Origin: Lama guanicoe
Taxonomy: Eukaryota
DNA length: 64,000 nucleotides
Assembly: GCA_013239625.1 (NCBI GenBank)
Contig: MU056960.1
Coordinates: 12,108,698 to 12,172,697 of the forward strand
Direction of reading: 5' to 3'
The stretch's first letter is position 1; every line of letters begins with the position of its first letter. Shown in pieces: positions 58,860-64,000 of this stretch. The position numbers and the translations under genes were made by a program. The notes below the pieces were generated by a model. It had not been told where the DNA came from. It searched no databases and saw nothing but the letters and a program-made list of their open reading frames with translations.

Positions 58860-59222
58860 TGGCCTGGTCAGCACGGCATGCTGTAACAAAGCACCACAGA
58901 GCAGGTAGCTTATCAATCACAGACATTTATTTCTCCCAGTTCTGGAGGCTGGGAAATCCAAAATGAAGGCACCAATCAACTTGGTGTTTGGTAAATTTGG
59001 TGTCTGGTGAGGGCACATTTTGTCTTTTCGCTGAGTCCTCACCTAGTGGAAGGGGTTGGGAGCACTTCAGAATCTCTTTTATAAAAGCACTCATCCCATT
59101 CCCGAGAGCCCCATCCTCACGACCCAATCACTTCCCAAAGGCCCCACTTCCTGACACCATCACATTGGGAATTAGGATTCAACATATGATTCTGGGGGGA
59201 GACACATATTCAGTTTATACCA
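58860..59222 (-). mobile_element. MaLR solo LTR (MLT1A/MLT1A0-like)
   Basis: tgctgtaacaaagcaccacaga...catttatttctcccagttctggaggctgggaaatccaa...ccaaaggccccacttcctgacaccatcacattggg...cacatattcagtttatacca. Confidence 0.9.
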
Positions 59223-60144
59223 TTTGGCTTTAGAATCACTTAGAAGTCTTCCTATCATGTCTCTGGCACCCTGTCTCAGGGGCAACTCACTCCTGGCTCC
59301 ACCCAGCTTGGTCTTGGACTCTCAAATCTGTGCATGTTCTCTGATTCCACTTGAAATCACCCCCTCCCTCTTAGTTTTGATTCTGTTTCATCCAACTTCT
59401 GCATCCGTTCTCACCCAAAACCTTCCTCCAGCACCACCATGGGCTCAGACTCCCCCATCCTTCCCTAGGGACATTTTGGGGGTCTGCCGTGCCAGGACGG
59501 GGCTAGCACTACTGGCACTGGCACTTGGACTCTGGTTTCAGGCTCATGATCCAGCCAGGTGCAAGGTCCCTTGCTCTCCATAAGTTGCCTCTCCACCAAA
59601 GGCAGGTAGAAGAAAGCAAAGGAAGCTCAGAACCACTCAATGCAGGTACCTTTGCCTGCATCTCCCAATGCCCCACTTCATGTTGACCCATTTGGACACT
59701 TCTAACCTCCTTGGTCCTCATAGGGAAATTCTCCATTCATTGGCCCTGTGACTGCTGATGACCAGGTGAGGTCCCCACCTACTCTTCCACGTGGGACACT
59801 GGATAACACCTGTCAGGGGCTCCCAGCCCTTTGAGAGGGTGGGGGATACCATGCATGTCCCCCTGTGAATTCTAGTTCTCATTCACACAAGTCATTCCTT
59901 GAGACGATTGGGGAACAGAAGGGAAGCAAGCCCCGGGGATATCAGAACCTCCACGGAGGCCTATGTCAGTCCCCATCAACACTTTCTGATGTATATACCC
60001 TTACTGAGACTCACTGATAGACAACTGCTGTTTACATTTGCAAAGTTTAGTAAGAAACTTAAGTGGACGTTTTAAGAGGTGCACCCCTCCTGATGACATG
60101 GAGATAGTCTTTGGAAGCCACGTGAAATGTAGATGGCTACTTAC

Positions 60145-60370
60145 ATTTTAACCTTAACTTGAGTGCTATGTGTTAAATACACAGTGCATCATTTCATTTC
60201 GTCTTCACTGGACCCTGAAGGCAGACAATGTTTTCATTTTTATATTATAGATTGGGACATTGGAGTTCATAAATGGTGAATAATTTGCCCAGGTTCCACT
60301 GCTACTAAGTGGCAGGATGGAGATTCAAACTCAGAGCCTTTATCCGAAAGCCTACGTGCTGAACCGCTAT
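60145..60370 (-). mobile_element. MIR SINE
   Basis: taatttgcccaggttccactgctactaagtggcaggatgggagattcaaactcag. Confidence 0.7.
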
Positions 60371-61159
60371 GCAGAAAAGACATCCAGGTGTGGCCAGGCG
60401 ACAGTACAGACTGCCCACTCATCTCCAAGGACAGTGCATGGCAGGGCCAGCAAAGTTCACAGTCTGACTCAATTCTTAGACAAATATCTCCATTTTATTA
60501 GGTTTTCCAGAGGTCCTAACAGCTGATGACCAAATCAGCAGGGTCAGCGGGTAAGTAAGGGTCCCTTACTCTTTGGTGGGGGAGGGGGCTTCACAAAATA
60601 CTTCCTCCACATCAGCAATCATCCCATTCTCTCTCCTAGAGGCAAGGATCCAAGGGAAGCCATTCTCCCACTTGGGGCCAGGTAGGGCACCTAGAACTGA
60701 TCAGAGACCAGGATGATCATAAAGCCAAAGCCACTCAATTTGGCAGCCTGGGGTCTACCTTCACTCTACGAAGAAATGCGCCCACCAGCCAGCAGAATCC
60801 TTGTTCCTAGACTGAATAACCTTCTTTCAGCAGCTCTGACAGGTTCTTGCTCACTGAGTTTCCTTCTGTAGACTGGATGCAAATACTGCCTTTCTGTTAT
60901 TACAGTCTTTGTTTAGACAAACTAGGAGTGATCGTTTAGGCTGAGACTGGCTTTCCTTTACACGCTCATCCTGAGTGCAGTCTGGCCCACCCTGGTTAGA
61001 CTGAAAGACATGCCAGGTTGATGAGCTTGTCTGGTGGTCCCCAAATCTCCTTAGCAACACACTTATAAAGGCTCTTAGAATAGATTGTGTCTGCAGCTGA
61101 CTAATTCCATCCATTATGTGTTGCTTTATACTGGTTCCATTTGGAAGAAGATCTTTTCC

Positions 61160-61300
61160 TCTGTGACCCTCAATTATCTCCCTGACAAAATGGGGATAAT
61201 TGTTTAGGACGATGATGATGATAACTGACTTGTATCACAGGATCGCTGTGAAGATAATCAAAGTAATGAATGTGAGAACGTAAACCGTCAAGTGCCAAAC
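61160..61300 (+). mobile_element. MIR fragment
   Basis: ctgacaaaatggggataat...cacaggatcgctgtgaagataa. Confidence 0.6.
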
Positions 61301-62956
61301 TGAAGCAGATTTATCTAGCAGACTGTGATAAAATAGAGCAAACACCGGAGTGGAAGTCAGATTTCATGCTATTTCCAAGGCTGGGAATGTCACTTAACAT
61401 TTCAGGGGGACCTTCTCCTATATGTGAAATTCAAGCCATAACCTTTGCCTTTCCCACTAGCAGGGCTACTATGGAGCCCACGTGAGCATTCGGGAAAGTC
61501 ATTTATAAACTATAAAGTGGTGGGCAGGCATACAGGACAACCAAGTTCACCAAGGATGTTTCTAACATGGAGAAGCAAATCAATTGGCAAGTCCTTTTTA
61601 AAGCAAATAATCTCCTGCTCACATATACCTCTAAGTCCAAAACACACTTGCATTTCAATTTTAAACCAGCTCATATGAACTTGCCATGTGTTTCTACTGA
61701 GGTGAACTTGACTCAATGGCTATGTGATGAATAAATGAATGAAAGAGGGAGTGAATGAATGAATGACTGAATGATGCCAGGTAGGATGAAGAGATGGCTC
61801 TCTTCTTACAGCACCAACTCCACAAGGTGCTTTAAAATTCCTCCATATAATTAGCTTCGTGAACTACCTAGCAGCACAAATCTTTACTGGTACTACTAAG
61901 AGTATCTGAATTATTGAAAAATCACTCTTTATTAAGAAGTGTGACACATGTTATATAGTGTTTCTGTTAATTGAGCATCAAGTGAGGGAAATACATACAG
62001 ATGCAGAGGACTTACCAGGGTAGCAGTACATTGGCCTCTGTGCCCCGCCTCATGGCTGTCCTGAGGCCCTGTCCGTAAGCTCTGCTGGCTGTAAGAAAGA
62101 CCTTGACAGTTTCTCTTGTGGTCAGTCTGCTGTCTCCTCTCTCCACCCACTGCAAGCCCAGTCCATTAATGTCTGGGCTGAAGTCTCTTCACACCCCATT
62201 CAAAACCACAGAGTAGATGGTTCCTGCTTACTCTGCCAGCAGGAAGGGAAGCCATACTGTCTGATTTCCTGGGTGCCTGGTACTGGCTTTCTTTGTCTTA
62301 GGGCACTCTTTCTGGCCCTCCTTTATGTCCCACAAGGACATCCCTTCCTTCTCAGTCCCCTGAACCCCATACCTTATGTATGACACCCCTCTATTACAGG
62401 AGGCTATTCTCAGGTGCATTTTCTGGCCCCTTCTTTACACTGTAAAAAAATTAATGGGCGAGAGGTTTGTGTCCAGGTCTCCAGGAACTTCCCTTAAATG
62501 CTGCAGTAGGAGAAAGCCTAGTTCAATGGTGAAGATGATGACTAGCTTGGATGATGACCAATTCAGATAAGTGGCCACAGACCTCCAATCTTGCTGGCAT
62601 CCCCCTGTCGCCCAGCAGGGAACCGGCTGATCATTCCATCAATACATTTATTTTGTCAGCTGTCACCGTGTGGCGCCCACACGTCTCAGCTGGGTAACTT
62701 AGGCTGAGAAATGGAAACCTGCCAATATCAGAATCATTTCATCCCTATCACGTGCCTTTCTCGTCATATGGATTTTCAATGCATTTCTGCCTGGCTTGGC
62801 AAATCTAAGCCGTGACCTTGCTTTTAGCTGCTGGGTCCCTTTAATTATTACTATCAATTCCAACCAGCTTGAGTCAGTGCATTTCCAAACCACATTAACT
62901 CAGTAAGTTCCACCCACAAGATTTCTATTCTGTTCTGTCCAACATCCCCCTTTGCA

Positions 62957-62957
62957 A

Positions 62958-62993
<36 letters not shown>
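62957..62993. repeat. (CA)n microsatellite
   Basis: Directly visible. Confidence 0.95.
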
Positions 62994-62995
<2 letters not shown>

Positions 62996-63524
62996 ATCCA
63001 GTATCACTGTGAACTGGTTATTTCTTCTTAGCAGTGAATACATGTAGGTACACACATTGATTGATTTTTGTAAGACTTTTCATGCACAGTTTTTCGCTGA
63101 GTAACTTTACTCCTGTCAGAAGGGAAGTACTAGATTCTTGACAATGTTAAATAACTAAACTATTGTTTGTTCAATCTGAGTCCTTCCTAAACTGGACACC
63201 ATAAGTTCACAGGTCACTAGTCATCATTTTGAGAGGTGAAGTAAAAAGAAATAGTCAAAACATGGTCCTTAGAGAAAAGCTAGCTCCTATTTCTTTATAA
63301 CCTCAGAAATAAAATGAAGACATCATACATCTCATAAGATAGTGATCATGAAATAGCCTGTCCCATCCATCAGGACTAGGGACCCACCACTCACCTTCTC
63401 CCTTTATAGGGCCTTTGCCTGCTGGTCTCGAGGTAAACTGCACTTCTGAGCATTGCACCAACTAAAGAGATTTTGCTCTGATGTTGAAGGCAGGGCACCC
63501 AGGTGTGGACAAGGAAGGAACATG

Positions 63525-63625
63525 AGCTTTCAGGTTAGGTCTGCACTCAAACCAAGTTCTGGCATTGCGAGATCAAGGATAAACTTCATCATCTGTATAA
63601 TGGGGTTGACAGCAGGGTCATCAGC
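63525..63625 (+). mobile_element. MIR fragment
   Basis: cttcatcatctgtataatggggttgacag core. Confidence 0.5.
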
Positions 63626-64000
63626 TAGGTTCAGGTTAAACAATGCACACACACACACACACAACGGCCCAGAACAGAGCCTGTTACTGGGTAGCTCCTC
63701 AAAGGTGTATGCTTCTCCTGCTGCTGTGGCTACTGTCACCCCAGCTCAGTCATTACCCAGGTGTACAAATAGCAATACTGTGAACTCATCTTGAAGCAGT
63801 CCTTCAAAGCCTGACCCCTCTCAAAACAGAAACAAATACTGCAAAAACACTACTAGTTAACTCCCAATATATATTATCCTCTTCTTTAATAACATCATCA
63901 AGATTTCCACCAGTGAATATTGTCAGTCACTTGAAAGAGTACATTCCACAACCTCTCTTGCAGCTACATGCAGACATGAATAAGTTCCGGTCAATAAGAT

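Noticed and set aside
1-64000. A novel multi-gene biological system
   Set aside because: No intact genes, operon-like structure, arrays, NUMT or endogenous viral ORFs are visible; known mammalian repeats plus short unique non-coding blocks explain the content

Overview
This is mammalian genomic DNA, almost certainly camelid (alpaca/llama/camel). The evidence is two tRNA-Ala-derived Vic-1-type SINEs (10304-10390, 39945-40206) and young L1 3' ends of artiodactyl/camelid type. I see no recognisable protein-coding exon, RNA gene, CpG island or prokaryotic-type system; the only ORFs with recognisable homology are broken L1 ORF2 pieces. The window reads as a repeat-rich intergenic (or lncRNA-intronic) segment. 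It holds several generations of 5'-truncated L1s, many MIR and L2 relics, about 16 MaLR (MLT1) solo LTRs in both orientations, ERVL/ERV1 solo LTRs, and hAT/Tigger MITEs, with short unique blocks between them that may be enhancers. At least the L1-internal N runs are base-for-base masks of repeat sequence rather than scaffold gaps. The most unusual items are a SINE with an apparent 3' transduction inside one TSD pair, an L1 with a tandemly doubled 3' end inside one TSD pair, and a tRNA-Ala retrocopy missing its D and anticodon loops. Repeat subfamily names come from my recall of consensus sequences and need RepeatMasker/Dfam confirmation; boundaries of old repeats are approximate. I cannot support a claim of a new biological system here.
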